From a virus (Duplodnaviria; Caudoviricetes): a stretch of 54,599 nt of DNA. Shown here one piece after another: positions 52,306 through 54,599 of this stretch. The stretch spans positions 1-54,599 of IMG/VR virus record IMGVR_UViG_3300032224_000681, one strand, 5' to 3'. A program made the translations under genes and the position numbers. The notes under the pieces are model-generated. The model saw only the letters and a program-made list of their open reading frames with translations. It was not told the DNA's origin and searched no databases. Each line of letters starts with the position of its first letter. Within the stretch, counting starts at the first letter, position 1.

Positions 52306-54599
52306 ATTCTTCCACTGCGTCTATTCGCAGCACTATTCCTTACATTATTTCTTTATTTACTAGGGCAACAATCTGCCTACGCCGACGACCCTGTTGTAGA
52401 ACAACAGGTCATTTCCCCTGCTCCCGTTGATGGAGCAACAGTAACGAGTACTCCTGCGCCCTCCGAGACTCCTGTTGTAACCAGTTCTCCTGCGCCTTCT
52501 GTAACTCCAGAACCAACTCTTTCGCCTCAGACGTCTCCTTCTTCAAGTGGTGCAGCTGAAGTACCAACCGTAACTTCATCCAGCGGAACGCCATCAACCA
52601 ACCAATCAACCACACAACAGGGAGAAACAACAAGTACACCAGCTCCTGAGACACCTACAACTACCTCCATACAGACTAAGATTGATAGTGCAACTGTAAC
52701 AGTAAACACTGCTGTTAGTGGAGCTGAATCTGCGGTTTCTACTCTTCTTCCTACCCCTCAGATGGCTCAAGCTGTAGCTTCTACCACATCAGTAGTTCAG
52801 GCTGTTTCTACAGCAACAACAAAATTAAGTGAGGCTGCTACTGCCATAAATGCGGCTCAATCTTCTTTAGAAACAGCCACAGTATTAGTGCAACAGGCTG
52901 AAAGCGCTACTGCACTTATAGCACCCGCAGCAGCAACAGTAGAAACCGCTACCTCCGCTGTTGCTGTTGCGGTCTCAAATAACCAAGCTGCTGAGACTGC
53001 GCTTAATACACAGACTCCAATTACTATTGCAGCCCAAGAAGCTAATGCTGTAGCTCGTGATGCTAACGATGTTGCACAGGCTGCTGTAGCTCCAGCTAAT
53101 GAAGCTGTTGCTGCACAGATTCCTGTTGTTGCTGCAGCTCAATCAGTTAAAAATACAGCTCAGGCTGCAGTAGATGTTAATACATCTTCAGGATTAAAGG
53201 TAGAGGTTTACAACGTACAGGGTCAAAATAATGCCCCAGTACTTCCAGCAAACGCTGTTCCTATTCGTACATTTACAGATACCAATGGTATTAATGAACA
53301 ATGGGGCAGCGGAAACGTTGCTGGTTCTACTCGTTCAGAAGATGTAATTGTTAAGTATTCTGGCAATATTACTTTTCCAGTTGGCGGAACTATACGTTTT
53401 TATGCTCCTGGAGATGACGGAGTAAGAGTCATTATTGATGATAAAACAATTATAAATGACTGGTATGACAAAGGTGGAGGCGGTTCAACCTCCATGGAAA
53501 ACTTTAATTCTAATACCCCTTACCCATTTACACTTTGGTATTATGAAAATGGTGGCGGAGCTTGGGTACAGTTTTATTGGCATATTGGACAGGGATACAC
53601 AATTGTTCCTGGTTCAGCATTTACACAATCATCTGCTACCCCAGAACAGTTAGCTACCCTTGCATCTGCTAAAACAGTGCTAACAACAGAGACAAATGTT
53701 CTAACTCAGTTACAAGAAGCGGCCACTACAGCGCAAACAAATGCATCTAATGCCCTTGAAACTTACATACAAGCTAACAAAGATATGGTGGCTGCGGAGG
53801 CTGTGCAAGCACCAATTCAACAAGCTGCTTGGGATACTCGTGCTGCTGTAGAAACTGCCAACACAAACTTAACAAACGCACAAACTAACCTAACAACTGT
53901 TACTAATGCTGCTAGTGAGGCTACAAGTGTTGCTAATACTGCTTTAGATACAGCTAATCAATTAGCTAACACTGCGGTTGTAAAGGCAAATGAGGCTAAA
54001 ACCGCATTAGAAACCGCAACTACCACAGTCTCCATTGCTGCTTCTCAGTATGTTGCCGAACAGCTTCGTTTGCAAGCTCTGAGAGATGCTGAAGCTGCTG
54101 CTCGGTTAAAGGCTCAGCAGGAGGCTGCTGCTGCTGCTGAGGCTGCTCGTCTTGCTGCAGAAGCTGCTGCTCAAGCAGCTGCTTCTTCTTCAACGCCAGT
54201 TGAGCCACCAGCTCCAAATACTCCACAGACTCCTGTTGTCGATGAGCCAACCACTCCTGCTCAGACAGATTCTGAAAATCCATCTACTGAGTCACCCACA
54301 GAAGAGCCATCACAACCCACAGAAGAGCAACCACCCGTGGAAGAGCCCGAAACGCCACCCGTAGCACCCGAGGAGCCTCCTGTGGAACCTGAGCAACCTG
54401 TGGAAGAACCACAAGAACCAGTGACACCAGAGCCAGAGCCACAAAATCCGATAGAAGAACCATCACAACCTCCTGTAGAAGAACCTGCCCCAGAGCATAC
54501 CACACCAGCAGAAGAAGCTACCGCTGCCGTAGAAGCTGTTCTATCTGACGGCAAGCTTTCTGCTGCCGATGCTGACAAAGTTATGGCTGCTTTAAATGC
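52306..54599 (+). CDS. Large exported/surface protein: signal peptide, P/S/T linker, Ala-rich coiled coils, PA14 domain, Pro/Glu-rich stalk (3' truncated, not in ORF track)
   Basis: Frame 1 is open from 52291 to the end; LRLFAALFLTLFLYLLGQQSAYA-DD signal peptide; about 53191-53620 GLKVEVYN..INEQWGSG..YSGNI..GDDGVRVIID..INDW..WYYENGGGA is PA14-like; start codon uncertain. Confidence 0.8.
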   Translation, partial: MLPLRLFAALFLTLFLYLLGQQSAYADDPVVEQQVISPAPVDGATVTSTPAPSETPVVTSSPAPSVTPEPTLSPQTSPSSSGAAEVPTVTSSSGTPSTNQSTTQQGETTSTPAPETPTTTSIQTKIDSATVTVNTAVSGAESAVSTLLPTPQMAQAVASTTSVVQAVSTATTKLSEAATAINAAQSSLETATVLVQQAESATALIAPAAATVETATSAVAVAVSNNQAAETALNTQTPITIAAQEANAVARDANDVAQAAVAPANEAVAAQIPVVAAAQSVKNTAQAAVDVNTSSGLKVEVYNVQGQNNAPVLPANAVPIRTFTDTNGINEQWGSGNVAGSTRSEDVIVKYSGNITFPVGGTIRFYAPGDDGVRVIIDDKTIINDWYDKGGGGSTSMENFNSNTPYPFTLWYYENGGGAWVQFYWHIGQGYTIVPGSAFTQSSATPEQLATLASAKTVLTTETNVLTQLQEAATTAQTNASNALETYIQANKDMVAAEAVQAPIQQAAWDTRAAVETANTNLTNAQTNLTTVTNAASEATSVANTALDTANQLANTAVVKANEAKTALETATTTVSIAASQYVAEQLRLQALRDAEAAARLKAQQEAAAAAEAARLAAEAAAQAAASSSTPVEPPAPNTPQTPVVDEPTTPAQTDSENPSTESPTEEPSQPTEEQPPVEEPETPPVAPEEPPVEPEQPVEEPQEPVTPEPEPQNPIEEPSQPPVEEPAPEHTTPAEEATAAVEAVLSDGKLSAADADKVMAALN

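Noticed and set aside
52409-54578. Short ORFs listed over the last 2.2 kb
   Set aside because: Shadow frames of the single long open plus-strand PA14 gene.
1-54599. Stop-codon recoding
   Set aside because: Genes end in TAA, TAG and TGA with tight coupling, and none of the three tRNAs is a suppressor.

Overview
A 54.6-kb fragment of a large tailed phage genome with a contractile-tail (myovirus-type) baseplate. WhiB, a small actinobacterial-type zinc protein and many leaderless promoters point to an Actinobacteria host; this is an inference. Layout: (1) 1-5.9 kb, baseplate and tail genes. (2) 6.5-22 kb, a self-contained replication and recombination block (HTH initiator-like protein, DnaC-like loader, DnaB, primase, dNMP kinase, SNF2 ATPase, three tRNAs, SSB-like protein, family A polymerase, RecA, resolvases, WhiB, Cas4-like nuclease). 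(3) 22-35 kb, accessory and metabolic genes (SpoVS, Hsp20, metallophosphoesterase, a nucleotidyltransferase/HAD-like/GNAT/TGT-like cluster, class II RNR). (4) 35.4-48.6 kb, a minus-strand, early-type region. (5) 48.7 kb to the end, small basic proteins, an HNH nuclease and a large exported PA14-domain protein that the ORF track misses. The most striking structure is non-coding. Between 41.4 and 48.6 kb the genes are separated by ten copies of a modular element, each with a perfect co-oriented DnaA box (TTATCCACA), usually at a fixed distance upstream of a -10 hexamer. Six copies also carry a 79-142 bp inverted repeat (GTTTGTGTTGG...CCAACACAAAC) between the previous terminator and the box. The spacers of two copies are homologous but in opposite orientation. 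Five spacers retain one AGCT in a region that otherwise appears purged of AGCT. All calls come from reading the sequence by eye; no database search or computation was run.
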